Origin: Pirellulales bacterium
GTDB lineage: Bacteria; Planctomycetota; Planctomycetia; Pirellulales; PNKZ01
Assembly (NCBI GenBank): GCA_036268995.1
Contig: DATATB010000074.1
Coordinates: forward strand, 5,195-69,194
Length of the DNA stretch: 64,000 nt
Direction: 5' to 3'
Shown here: piece by piece, positions 16,435 to 28,419 of the stretch
Position numbering within the stretch: position 1 is the first letter of the stretch
How the letters are laid out: the number at the start of each line of letters is the position of its first letter
Notes under the pieces: generated by a model
What the model saw: only the letters and a program-made list of their open reading frames with translations
The model's database searches: none
What the model was told of the DNA's origin: nothing
Translations under genes and position numbers: made by a program

Positions 16435-16480
16435 AAAAAAGCAGAGGGGCGTGCCACGCACTGGTCGCGGCACGCCCCTC
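16435..16480 (-). terminator. Rho-independent terminator of clpC
   Basis: On the minus strand: GAGGGGCGTGCC, a 13-nt loop, GGCACGCCCCTC, then TGCTTTTTTGCG. It lies 34 nt after the clpC stop. Confidence 0.7.
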
Positions 16481-16513
16481 GATGATGTCGCTGCTATCGC
16501 CAGCTAAGAAGCG

Positions 16514-19042
<2,529 letters not shown>

Positions 19043-19239
19043 ACCAATATCTCCGTGTTCGGCTCCAGCGCGAGTGATTCAGTAATTGACAAGCGTTCCA
19101 GGGTCAGGTTCGTTACGGGTTCGCGGGGCAGGCTCGCCTGCCTTGCTCTTGAACTGTCTAGATACGCAGCATGCTGTGGTTTTGTTCACGTCCCAAAGGC
19201 CGTTTCGTAATTCTAGGCCTCAAAATCTGCACGGGGGCT

Positions 19240-19806
19240 TCAAGCGGCTGCCCGCAGGGGCTGAATCTCGGCAGACTGATCGGCCATTTCCCGCACCGCC
19301 TGGCTAAGAAGGTCGTGTTCGGACTCGATTTCCTGCTTCCACTTTTCCGATCCGGCCAGCAGCGACAGTTCCTCCAGTTCGCGACGGGCCTCGTGCTGCC
19401 GCTTGGCCCGGCGGCAAGTCGTGGCCAACAGCAGCCGGGCTTCCAGGTCGGCCGGATTGAGTTTGAGCATCTGCTGGCAAAGCCGCTCAGCCTCAAACCA
19501 GTTCCCTCTTAAGTATTCCCCCGTGGCCAGCGGAAACAAGTCCTGCTGGGTTTCGTCGTTAAGTTCTTTTGTAGTAAGCGTTTGCCGCACGCCAATTGCG
19601 GCCGATGCCAACCCCATTCCGGTGGCCACTAGCGCCGCCAGCAGAATCTGGCCAGGCGGCGCCCATTCATTCCAGACGAGACTTCCGAGCACCACGAGAT
19701 CGACGAGCAGACCAAAACCGATCGCGGCCAACAAGCCGCCCGGGCTTCCTTGCCAAAGCTGCGCCAAACCTGGCCACAGACATAGGGCCCACCGACCAAC
19801 TCGCAT
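19240..19806 (-). CDS. membrane protein with a TPR-like C-terminal region
   Basis: Two or three predicted TM helices, then YLRGNWFEAERLCQQMLKLNPADLEARLLLA (TPR-like). Confidence 0.5.
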   Translation of the reverse strand: MRVGRWALCLWPGLAQLWQGSPGGLLAAIGFGLLVDLVVLGSLVWNEWAPPGQILLAALVATGMGLASAAIGVRQTLTTKELNDETQQDLFPLATGEYLRGNWFEAERLCQQMLKLNPADLEARLLLATTCRRAKRQHEARRELEELSLLAGSEKWKQEIESEHDLLSQAVREMADQSAEIQPLRAAA

Positions 19807-20003
19807 GCGGCTCGATTCCTTTCATCCAGGCGCTCGCCGGCGCCGGCTATCATGCGGTCAAGGCGCGGGAATTCTAACCCCCACAGGAAATCGAGGCAAG
19901 GCAACCAGAACCACGGCTTAGGCTTAGTGCGCTTGCCGCCACCCGCCAACGGCAGTCCTGGAGCCCGGTGGCTGAAATTCCCCCGCCAAAAAACGAAAAC
20001 ATT

Positions 20004-20102
20004 GAACAGAAGATCGCAAAGAGCGCAAAGACGATTTCATTCTGTGACTGACCTTCTCTCTTCTTCCTTTTCGTTCTTCGCGCTCTTCGCGATCTTCTGT
20101 TC
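20004..20102. repeat. imperfect ~31-bp inverted repeat (GAACAGAAGATCGCAAAGAGCGCAAAG family)
   Basis: The left arm at 20004-20034 pairs with the right arm at 20071-20102 (2 substitutions + 1 indel). A related, more diverged element is at 62609-62726. Confidence 0.75.
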
Positions 20103-20157
20103 GATCCTCCTCGTTTCTCGTGTTCCCAGTCGTCATGCGACGAGTTGAACGGCTCGT

Positions 20158-21771
20158 TTGGCGCGTGTTCCGCCAGCGTGCACAATGAAGCCAGCTATGC
20201 GATACACCTTAACTGATGCTGCCCAGCGCGCGGTGACTGCCGCCGCCGCTTGGAATCGATCGTCGCCAGATGCCGGCACTTTGGGTCCCCTGCTGCTGCT
20301 GGGGCTGCTGGCCGAAAGTGAATGCCGCGCGGCCGGCATGTTGACTTGCCATGCCGTCTCGGCCGAAAGCGTGCGCCAGCATTGGCCCGACATCCGGCCG
20401 GCCGAAAGCTCGAGCCCGGATCGAGCGGCCGAAGTCCACTTGTTGGAATTGCTGTCGCTGGTTTCCCAGCGGTTGCCCGACGGTGCGCTGCTGGCAGGCT
20501 TTGCCACCGAACATCTGCTGCTCGGTTTGCTGCTGGCCGGCGACGAAACGTCCGCCTGGCTGGGCGAGCAGGGCTTGTCAGCCGCCGATGTCGAAGCCGA
20601 GATCTGCCGCATTTATGGATGTGCCGCCGGACCGGCCGCGGCAATCGACTTTCCGCCTGGCGATGAAATCCTATCGGTGCCAGCAGTCGAGATTTCCGCC
20701 GGTCGGGCCGATCCGCCCAGCGGCAGCGTGCTGTTTCGCATTCTGGACGCTGCCGCCAATCGGGCACGCGAGGGGCTGCGCGTCGTCGAAGATTACGCCC
20801 GCTTCGGCCTCAACGACGCCGCGCTGACTGCGGAGCTCAAGACGTTGCGCCACGAGCTGGCCGGTGCGTTGGCCCACTTGCCGGCGGCCGCCTTGCTCGC
20901 CAGCCGCGACACGCCGGGCGACGTGGGCACGGCCATTTCGACCACGAGCGAAGCCCTGCGCGAAGGCATCGACGGCGTGCTGGCCGCCAATCTCAAGCGA
21001 CTGCAAGAAGCGTTGCGTAGCTTGGAAGAATACGGCAAGCTGGTCTCGCCCGCCGTGGGTCCAGCGCTGGAACGCCTGCGCTATCGCAGCTATTCCATCG
21101 AGCAGCGCGTGCAATTGGGTTCCCGGCCGCGACGGCTGCTGGTCGATGCACGATTGTATGTGCTGGTCGACGGGCGCGCGACGCTCGACGAGTTCACCGA
21201 GCTACTCAAAACTCTGATCGCGTCCGGTGTCGACGTGATCCAGCTTCGCGACAAATCGCTGCCGGATGCCGCCTTGATCGAGCGTGGGCAGCGGGCTCGT
21301 GAGCTGACGCGCGACAGCCAGACCCTGTTCATCATGAACGACCGGGCTGACCTGGCATTGGCCAGCGAAGCGGATGGCGTCCACGTGGGCCAGGACGAAT
21401 TGCCGGTGGCCCATGCGCGGAGCATGCTCGGCCAAGGCAGTTTGGTCGGCGTTTCGACGCATAGCCTGGAGCAGGCCTGCCAGGCCGCGCGGCAAGCGGC
21501 CGACTACATCGGCGTGGGCCCGGTGTTTCGCTCCGGCACCAAGGATTTTGCCAGCTTTCCCGGACTGGAGCTACTGCGCGAGGTCCGCAGCCACACGCAG
21601 CTTCCGGCCTTTGCCATCGGCGGCATCGATCTGGGCAATGTTTCCCGCGTGCTGGAAACCGGCTTTCGCCGCATCGCCGTCTCCGGCGCCGTCTGCCGCG
21701 CCTTGGACCCGGCCGCCGCCGTAGCGCGTCTGCGAGTTGCACTCGATGCCGCGTGTTCGGCATCTCAGTAG
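20158..21771 (+). CDS. thiE: thiamine-phosphate synthase (ThiE) fused to an N-terminal double Clp_N-like repeat and a helical linker domain
   Basis: C-terminal ThiE text: LYVLVDG...GVDVIQLRDK...GVHVGQDELP...VGVSTHS...DYIGVGPVF...FAIGGI. The N-terminus carries two Clp_N-like repeats (LLLLGLLAES..; TEHLLLGLLLAGDE). The middle segment ILDAAANRAREGLRVVEDYARF matches long-form ThiE N-extensions. Start uncertain (20158 or a nearby ATG). Confidence 0.8.
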   Translation: MARVPPACTMKPAMRYTLTDAAQRAVTAAAAWNRSSPDAGTLGPLLLLGLLAESECRAAGMLTCHAVSAESVRQHWPDIRPAESSSPDRAAEVHLLELLSLVSQRLPDGALLAGFATEHLLLGLLLAGDETSAWLGEQGLSAADVEAEICRIYGCAAGPAAAIDFPPGDEILSVPAVEISAGRADPPSGSVLFRILDAAANRAREGLRVVEDYARFGLNDAALTAELKTLRHELAGALAHLPAAALLASRDTPGDVGTAISTTSEALREGIDGVLAANLKRLQEALRSLEEYGKLVSPAVGPALERLRYRSYSIEQRVQLGSRPRRLLVDARLYVLVDGRATLDEFTELLKTLIASGVDVIQLRDKSLPDAALIERGQRARELTRDSQTLFIMNDRADLALASEADGVHVGQDELPVAHARSMLGQGSLVGVSTHSLEQACQAARQAADYIGVGPVFRSGTKDFASFPGLELLREVRSHTQLPAFAIGGIDLGNVSRVLETGFRRIAVSGAVCRALDPAAAVARLRVALDAACSASQ

Positions 21772-21811
21772 GTCCGGCGAGCCGAGCCGGACTTGGGCCA
21801 CAGCAGCGCGA

Positions 21812-22456
21812 TTAGTGCCCCAGTGCCGCTCGGCTCGCGGCACCTATTTGGGCGGCACCGACGGAGTTGGTCGCTGGCTTAGCTGCCGGCTGGGCGGGCG
21901 TGCTGAGCAGCTCGCGGAGCAGGCTGTCGATCTCGACGACGGTTTCGGAGCCGAAGCCGACCCATCGGCCGCGTATCTGGCCTTCGCCGTCCAGGACCAG
22001 CGTCGTGGGGTAGCCGCGAAAACCAATCGCGTCGGAAACGGCCTTACGCGTCCGCCAATGGGCGTCGGTATAAATCGGCATATCGGCCGGACTGCTTTTG
22101 AGGAAGTTGGCCGTCTGCTGACGCAGCTCGGGCACGTTCTCTTCCCCGGGGCTGCACGACACCAAGGCCGCCTGGAAACGGGGCGAGTCCTGCCAATGGC
22201 GGCTCAGCTCGACCATGTGCGGAAATTCGACGCGGCAAGGGGCGCACCAGGTGCCCCAGAAATTCAGCAGCACGATCTTGCCCCGCAGGTCGGCCAGATC
22301 GAGCGGGCGGCCGCCACCGACCAGCGGCTGCAAGTCCACGTCGGTCAGTTTGGCCTGCTTCTGCGGAACGCTGATCCAAGCCAACAGCAGGCCGGCGACC
22401 AGCAGGACCGCGACCGCGCCATTCAGCCAATTGATCGAAAAGCGGGAACCCAACAC
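21812..22456 (-). CDS. TlpA/ResA-like thiol-disulfide oxidoreductase (redoxin)
   Basis: Signal anchor, then LLNFWGTWCAPCRVEFP (CxxC thioredoxin fold). Confidence 0.85.
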   Translation of the reverse strand: MLGSRFSINWLNGAVAVLLVAGLLLAWISVPQKQAKLTDVDLQPLVGGGRPLDLADLRGKIVLLNFWGTWCAPCRVEFPHMVELSRHWQDSPRFQAALVSCSPGEENVPELRQQTANFLKSSPADMPIYTDAHWRTRKAVSDAIGFRGYPTTLVLDGEGQIRGRWVGFGSETVVEIDSLLRELLSTPAQPAAKPATNSVGAAQIGAASRAALGH

Positions 22457-22628
22457 GCGAAACTCCCCAAAACAGGTAAAACCGGCCGCACCTGCCTAAT
22501 TCTAGGTTATTTCCGTCTCTGCTGGGCGGCACAATTGGGGGGTGCGTATGACGATCGGCGGCCCCGCCGTTACAATAGCAGCGGACCGGCGGAACTCGCT
22601 TGCCGGCAGCCCGTTTTGTGGGGATTTC

Positions 22629-24023
22629 ATGAATTTGACCGGCTGGCTGATCATTCTGCTAATGGTCGCCCTCAATGCCGTCTTTGCTGCCTACGAGATT
22701 GCCCTGGCCAGCGTATCGGCCGCTCGGCTGCAGGCGCTAGCCGACCAGCATCGCCGCGGTGCCCGCTCGGCCCTGCAAATGAAGCAGAACATCGAGGCCA
22801 GCCTGGCTGTCATCCAATTGGGTATCACGCTGGCGATGGTGATCTCCGGGGCCACCGGCGGTGCGCGCGCCGAAGAGTGGGTTGCGCCGATCTTGGAAAG
22901 ACTCGGGCTCTCGGCCGGCGCCGTCAACTTTTTCAGCGTGGTTTTGATTGTCATTCCGCTGAGTGCTTTCATGCTGGTGGCCGGCGAGCTGCTGCCCAAG
23001 GTTTTTGCACTGAAGAATAAGGAATGGGTCTGCCTGAAGCTCTCGCCCGCCATGCAAATCACGTCGCGCGTGGCCTATCCGGCGGTGTGGATCTTGGAGG
23101 CGAGCGTCACCACCATGCTCGACTGGCACGCTCGGCGTTGGCAGCCAGGGCTCGAAGGTCACAAGGCCGAAGTCACCGAGATGCAAGAGCTACGAGCCGT
23201 CGTGGCGCTGGCCCGCACCAGCCGGCTGATAGGCGGGCAGGAAGAAAAGATCATCCTCGGGGCGGCCCGGATGTCGGCCCGGCGGATTTCCGAGATCATG
23301 ATTCCCGTCGATGAGATCGTGACGCTCGACTTGCGGCATTCGATGTCCGAGAGCCTGGTGCTGGCCCATGCCGACATGCACACGCGATTTCCGGTCTGCG
23401 GCGAGCCGGGCAATCTACAATCGATTTGCGGCTACGTAAATTTCAAGGACATCGTCTCGGAGTTGAGGTTGAGCCCCAATCAGCCTTCGCTGCGCGGCAT
23501 CATGCGGGCGATTCCCGAATTGTCCGACGATTTGTCGATCGCCACCAGCTTGCAGCGGATGATTCGCGGCCACGTCCACATCGCCGTGGTGCGAAATGCC
23601 CAGCGGCAGATCGTGGGCATGGTCACGCTCGAAGATATTCTCGAAGAGTTGGTGGGCGAAATTCACGATGAATACGATCGCGCGCCGGGCCATGTGGCCG
23701 AGAGCGGGCTGGGCTGGGTGATGGGCGGCGGTATTTCGCTCGACCGGTTAGAACAGGTCACCGGCGTGCTGCTGGATCGCCAGGCCCTGCCCCCCGACTG
23801 CCGCACGCTCCACGACTGGGTGCGCGTGCAGCTCGATCGTCCCGTCCGCGGTGGCGACATCATCCGCCATTCGGGCTTGCGGGTGCTGGTGCGCAAAGTC
23901 CGCCGGTCGCAGGTGCTCGAAGCTCAAGTATCGAAAGACGAAAGCGCGCCGCCGTCGCAGCCTCTGGCCGACAACAGCCTGGCAAGCCCCAATCCGCAGC
24001 CCGAATCAGCCGGGCACTCCTGA
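22629..24023 (+). CDS. CNNM/CorC/HlyC-family transporter (DUF21 + CBS pair + CorC_HlyC)
   Basis: DUF21 N-terminus (LNAVFAAYEIALASVS), the GELLPK motif, CBS-pair text and a C-terminal transporter-associated domain. Start at ATG 22629 (MNLTGWLII). Confidence 0.85.
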   Translation: MNLTGWLIILLMVALNAVFAAYEIALASVSAARLQALADQHRRGARSALQMKQNIEASLAVIQLGITLAMVISGATGGARAEEWVAPILERLGLSAGAVNFFSVVLIVIPLSAFMLVAGELLPKVFALKNKEWVCLKLSPAMQITSRVAYPAVWILEASVTTMLDWHARRWQPGLEGHKAEVTEMQELRAVVALARTSRLIGGQEEKIILGAARMSARRISEIMIPVDEIVTLDLRHSMSESLVLAHADMHTRFPVCGEPGNLQSICGYVNFKDIVSELRLSPNQPSLRGIMRAIPELSDDLSIATSLQRMIRGHVHIAVVRNAQRQIVGMVTLEDILEELVGEIHDEYDRAPGHVAESGLGWVMGGGISLDRLEQVTGVLLDRQALPPDCRTLHDWVRVQLDRPVRGGDIIRHSGLRVLVRKVRRSQVLEAQVSKDESAPPSQPLADNSLASPNPQPESAGHS

Positions 24024-24038
24024 AGGAAAATGCGGAAG

Positions 24039-24056
24039 GATGAATGATGAATGCGG
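24039..24056. repeat. GATGAATGATGAATG short dispersed repeat
   Basis: The same 15-mer occurs at 30858-30872. An A/T-richer motif in intergenic DNA. Confidence 0.6.
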
Positions 24057-24158
24057 AATGGAAAACGCGCTTGAGTCGTACGCCGATTTTTTTCCATAGC
24101 CCGGTCCTTCAGGGCCGGTAACCGCAGCCGCAGCCGCCATCATCGGGACCACCCTTCC

Positions 24159-24734
24159 ATGCCGCTCGAGGTCGAACAAAAATATCGGCTGGAGAATCCG
24201 GCCGCAGTTTGGGAGCGGCTGGCGGCCTTAGGCGCGCGCTGGAATGCGGACCAGCAGCAGGCAGACCGCTACTTCAATCATCCGGCCCATGATTTTGCGC
24301 GATCGGACGAGTCGCTGCGCATTCGCACGATCGGCGACGACAATTTCATCACCTACAAAGGGCCGAAGCTCGATCAAACCACCAAAACCCGGCGCGAGAT
24401 CGAACTGCCGCTGGTGGCCGGAGCGAAAGCGGCAGAGCAATATGCCGAACTGCTCGCAGCGCTCGGCTTCCGCTTCGTGGCCGAAGTTAACAAATGCCGC
24501 CGGCCGGGCACGCTGGCCTGGGAGGGGTTCGAGGTCCAACTGGCCTGGGACCAGATCGAGCGGCTCGGCTCATTTCTCGAGCTTGAACTGATCACCGAGG
24601 AATCGGGCCAGCAGCAAGCCAAAGCCTGCCTCGCCTCGCTCGCCCATGAGCTGGCCTTAAAGCAATCCGAAAGGCGCAGCTATTTGGAGCTGCTGTTAAC
24701 AGCCGATCCGTCCGCCGCGCCGGTCAAACCGTAA
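24159..24734 (+). CDS. CYTH-domain protein (class IV adenylate cyclase / triphosphatase family)
   Basis: N-terminal EVEQKY (ExExK) motif and LRIRTIGDDNFITYKGPK...TRREIE, typical of CyaB/ThTPase folds. Confidence 0.8.
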   Translation: MPLEVEQKYRLENPAAVWERLAALGARWNADQQQADRYFNHPAHDFARSDESLRIRTIGDDNFITYKGPKLDQTTKTRREIELPLVAGAKAAEQYAELLAALGFRFVAEVNKCRRPGTLAWEGFEVQLAWDQIERLGSFLELELITEESGQQQAKACLASLAHELALKQSERRSYLELLLTADPSAAPVKP

Positions 24735-24880
24735 AGTCTGCGTGGGGGCGGCGAGATAATTCGAAAGAGTTGTTTACAGCGCGCGGCTGATTTCCGATAC
24801 TACTCCGACTAGCGCGGCCGGGAAGAGCCCGGCATCGGCACCTCTCGCCGAGTGCAGGCGATCAGAAGGAGCGACGCGAG

Positions 24881-25687
24881 ATGGCCCGCCTGTCGATGAA
24901 CGAAATGACGACCTTTCGCTGGTCGCTGGACGAGGATATCGCCCACTATCGCGCGGCTGGCATCGGGGCCATCGGCATCTGGCGGCAGAAGCTCGCCGAT
25001 TTCGGCGAAGAAAAAGGCTTGGAGCTTTTGGCCGAGAGCGGGCTGAAAGTTTCGAATCTGCTGTGGGCCGGCGGTTTTACCGGCAGCGACGGCCGCAGTC
25101 TCAAAGACAGCATCGAAGACGCCCTGGACGCCGTGCGCCTGGCGGCCGAGTTGCAGGCTTCGGCCCTGGTGGTCTACAGCGGATCGCGTGCCGGGCATAC
25201 GCACAGTCACGCCCGGCGGCTGGTGAAAGACGCCTTGGGAAAAATGCTGCAACTGGCCGACGAGCTCGACGTGACGCTGGCCCTGGAGCCGATGCACAGC
25301 GACTGTGCCGGCGAATGGACTTTTCTCACCTGCTTGGACGATACGCTGGCACTGCTCGAATCCGTGGCCCATCCGCGGCTGAAGCTGGCGTTCGACACGT
25401 ATCATCTCGGCTGGGACCCGAAAACACTGGCGCGGATTCCGGAACTCGCGCCGCGAGTGGGTATCGTGCATCTGGGCGATGGCCGCCGCCCGCGCGATCG
25501 CGAGCAGGACCGCAGCCCGCTCGGTTGCGGCGCGATTCCGCTGCGCGAGATTGTCTCGTCTCTCCGCGCGGCCGGCTACGACGGCTACTACGACGTCGAG
25601 CTGATCGGCCCTGAAATCGAAACGGCCGACTATCACGATCTACTGCGGCGCAGCAAAGAGACCTTTGAGCAGCTCATCGCGCCGTAA
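24881..25687 (+). CDS. sugar phosphate isomerase/epimerase (xylose-isomerase-like TIM barrel)
   Basis: 268 aa. ALEPMH...FDTYHLG...VHLGD pattern of the AP_endonuc_2 / TIM-barrel family. Confidence 0.8.
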   Translation: MARLSMNEMTTFRWSLDEDIAHYRAAGIGAIGIWRQKLADFGEEKGLELLAESGLKVSNLLWAGGFTGSDGRSLKDSIEDALDAVRLAAELQASALVVYSGSRAGHTHSHARRLVKDALGKMLQLADELDVTLALEPMHSDCAGEWTFLTCLDDTLALLESVAHPRLKLAFDTYHLGWDPKTLARIPELAPRVGIVHLGDGRRPRDREQDRSPLGCGAIPLREIVSSLRAAGYDGYYDVELIGPEIETADYHDLLRRSKETFEQLIAP

Positions 25688-25707
25688 GGGCGTTGGCCGT
25701 TCAGTGT

Positions 25708-25778
25708 GTAGGGTGGGCACTGCCCACCGTTTGCGCCCCGCATGAATCGGGGCCAATGGTGGGCAGTGCCCACCCTAC
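25708..25778. repeat. 71-bp GTAG...CTAC element with 21-bp perfect inverted arms (family E); likely bidirectional terminator
   Basis: GTAGGGTGGGCACTGCCCACC, a 29-nt spacer, then GGTGGGCAGTGCCCACCCTAC. Each arm is itself a small hairpin. It lies between convergent stops at 25687 and 25792. Confidence 0.85.
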
Positions 25779-25791
25779 GATTCGAGTTGCT

Positions 25792-27333
25792 CTACAAGGC
25801 AAACGCCAGGTCGATGGCCGCCAGCCTGGCGCTGAATTCGTCCGCCGACGTGTCATCCGCGGTCGACGCGTCGTCGTTCGATGAATCGAGAGATGCTGCC
25901 GCGCTGGCTATCGGCGCGATCGGCTGCTGCGCCGATACGATTGCCGTACTGACCGATGGATTGGTGACGATCGTGGCCGCGGGGACATTCAGCGTGACCA
26001 CCTGCGCCGCCATGATGACCGGCAGCGCCTGCGTCACCTGGGAGGAAACTGACTCAACCGTAGTCGGCTCCGGCTGAGCCGGCGCGGAGGCGGGCGGTTG
26101 CGGAGTGTGGTCGGCATCGACCACAACCAGGTCAAACGTGAATGGCCCAGCGGCGCTGCTACTCGTTGCATCGGCGCCCACGACCAAGAGGCTATCGTTG
26201 CTACCGAGCGCAACGCCGGATTCCATATAAAGGGCCGACGGTTCGCTCGCGAAACCGCCGTCACCGTAGTTCGTATCGAGGCTTCCGTCGGCGTAAAAGG
26301 TTGCTGCGGACAGGCCGGATTGGAATCCCGTGACCGGTGATGTAGCGGACGTGACCACAATCTTGCCGTCGCTTTGAACAATCATCCCGGCAATATCCGT
26401 CGGGATGGTCTCGTTAGGAATGTCCGCCGTGACGATTCCGGTGCCGTTGAAACTAGTATCAAGGCTGCCATTGTCGTTGAAGCGGAGCAGCTCATATTCC
26501 GCGGCCCCGGTCGATTGATCCACGCCCGTCGTCGCCAGCAAGATTTTGCCGTCGGGCTGTACCGTAATAGCTTCTTTGTTCCCCCGAGCAGAATCGAACG
26601 GGGCCGTTAAATTGCCTGACTGCCCGAACGTGGTATCAACGGACCCATCGCTGTTGAGCCGAATCAAGTGCAGGCCGTCGGAGCTGTCGCCGATCAAAAG
26701 AATCCGCCCTTGCGCGTCTACCGTCATTGGCGCACCGGGAAGAAGGTCAGAATCCAAACGCGCCGCATCAAAGTGAAACGTCGTGTCGAGCGTGCCATCG
26801 GCGTTAAAGCGCTCAAGCGTTGCCGAACCCGTGACACTTGCGCCGACCAGGATCTTCCCATCGTTTTGAAACGCCACCGAGGGGAGCACGGCCGGGTCGT
26901 TGAGCGAGAGCTCGCCTCCATCGCCGAATGAAGTGTCTACCGATCCGTCCGCCTCAACGTGAATGAGCGTCGTAGTGGGCAGTTGGCCGTTGTTGAGGTT
27001 AGCCTGGCCAAGGACATAAAATGAGCCGTCGCTCTCCAGGTGAATCTGTTGAACTTCCTCCAGGTTGAGATTGCCGGAGCTCGTCACGCCACCAGCACCG
27101 AAGCTCGTGTTCAGCGTGCCATCGGAGTTATAGCGCGCGATTTGCAAACCGCCATTATCAATGCCGGCGACCAGGATCGTGCCGTCCGGTTCCTGGGCCA
27201 CCGCTTGCGAAAGGCCGGGGACCTGCGGCTGGTCCGCAGGCGTGGTCGACGTGCTGGCCGACATCAGCATGCGGTCTTCCAAGACCTCGAAGCGCAAGAG
27301 CCGGTCGACGCATATCGCCTTGGAACTGCTCAT
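25792..27333 (-). CDS. secreted delta-60-repeat (beta-propeller-like) protein
   Basis: N-terminal LRFEVLEDRMLMSA motif, common in planctomycete exported proteins. At least 6 repeats of the type DG(S/T)(L/V)DT(S/T)FG.GG spaced about 55-60 aa apart. Ser/Ala/Pro-rich tail. Confidence 0.7.
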   Translation of the reverse strand: MSSSKAICVDRLLRFEVLEDRMLMSASTSTTPADQPQVPGLSQAVAQEPDGTILVAGIDNGGLQIARYNSDGTLNTSFGAGGVTSSGNLNLEEVQQIHLESDGSFYVLGQANLNNGQLPTTTLIHVEADGSVDTSFGDGGELSLNDPAVLPSVAFQNDGKILVGASVTGSATLERFNADGTLDTTFHFDAARLDSDLLPGAPMTVDAQGRILLIGDSSDGLHLIRLNSDGSVDTTFGQSGNLTAPFDSARGNKEAITVQPDGKILLATTGVDQSTGAAEYELLRFNDNGSLDTSFNGTGIVTADIPNETIPTDIAGMIVQSDGKIVVTSATSPVTGFQSGLSAATFYADGSLDTNYGDGGFASEPSALYMESGVALGSNDSLLVVGADATSSSAAGPFTFDLVVVDADHTPQPPASAPAQPEPTTVESVSSQVTQALPVIMAAQVVTLNVPAATIVTNPSVSTAIVSAQQPIAPIASAAASLDSSNDDASTADDTSADEFSARLAAIDLAFAL

Positions 27334-27552
27334 GGCGAATCCTTACGGTTTCTGACGTGCAGTGATGACCAGGGCCGCTTCGAGTGGCTGGCAAGCCACG
27401 ATTGCCCCGTTCCGCAGAAACAAAACCCACCTATTGCCAGCCGGCGCGTCTACTTTAGGCATGTTTTGTGATTGCGCCAAGTCCGCGGCCACTGATCCGC
27501 GTTTTTCCTGGCCGGAGAAACCGCCAACGAAAAGCCGCCGGCGGCGTTTGCG

Positions 27553-28419
27553 TCAGAACTCGATCTGCCGGGCGTTGAAGATCGGGCCTTCGACGCAGGT
27601 GCGGCGATAGTCCCAGCCGCCCGCTTCGTCGCGGACGCGGGTCACGCAACTGAAGCAGATGCCGATGCCGCAGGCCATTGGCGTCTCGAGCGAGATCTGG
27701 CAGGGCACGTCAAAGCGGGCCGTCAGCTCGGCCACGGCGTGCATCATCGGCTCGGGGCCGCAGCAGACAACGCGGCAGCCGGCTTTGGATTCTTCGAGCA
27801 TTTCGCGCAGCAACTCGGTCACCAGCCCGTGGCGGCCGGCAGAGCCGTCGTCGGTGCTGATGCGTACTTCGACGCCCAAATGGAGAAAGTCGTCGACGCC
27901 AGCCAGATATGCGGCCGAGCGCGTGCCGTAGCACAGCGTGACACGGCCGGCGCGCGGCACGCTGCGCACCGGATTGCCGAACTTGGCCTGCCCGGCGTAC
28001 TCGCGTGCCAGTGCCAGAAACGGCGTCTGGCCAATGCCGCCGGCTACCATCAACAAATGCTCGGTCGCTGCCGGGGCAAAACCATTGCCCAGCGGGCCCC
28101 AGACCTCGAGCTGATCCCCCGGCACCGCACGCGCCAGCCGGCCGGTGAGCTTGCCCACCACCAGGTACACAATATCCAGGCCATCGGGCAGCCCGGCCGC
28201 GTCGGGCACGACATCGTACAAGGCCAGCGGCCGGGCCAGCAGCGGATCGTTCGAGCCGGCCAGCCGCAGCATGATGAACTGGCCGGGCACGATGCGCCGG
28301 GCAATCTGTGGGCAGCGGAACCGCACGCGAAACGTATCGCGGGCCAAGCGCACGTTTTCTTCGACAGCCACGACCCCTTGCCAGGCGCCGTCGGCATAAC
28401 AGGCGGCATGCGCGCTCAT
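27553..28419 (-). CDS. pyrK: PyrK-like ferredoxin-reductase-type electron transfer subunit (FAD/NAD + 2Fe-2S)
   Basis: RPLALYD (the FAD-binding RxxS/Y motif position), MVAGGIGQTP (NAD site) and a C-terminal cluster motif MACGIGICFSC. Confidence 0.8.
   Translation of the reverse strand: MSAHAACYADGAWQGVVAVEENVRLARDTFRVRFRCPQIARRIVPGQFIMLRLAGSNDPLLARPLALYDVVPDAAGLPDGLDIVYLVVGKLTGRLARAVPGDQLEVWGPLGNGFAPAATEHLLMVAGGIGQTPFLALAREYAGQAKFGNPVRSVPRAGRVTLCYGTRSAAYLAGVDDFLHLGVEVRISTDDGSAGRHGLVTELLREMLEESKAGCRVVCCGPEPMMHAVAELTARFDVPCQISLETPMACGIGICFSCVTRVRDEAGGWDYRRTCVEGPIFNARQIEF

Noticed and set aside
19950-20157. Possible TPP riboswitch upstream of thiE
   Set aside because: The region is occupied by a dispersed inverted-repeat element. 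I could not find the conserved CUGAGA / ACCUGAUCUGGAUAAUGCCAGCG-type TPP aptamer blocks on either strand.
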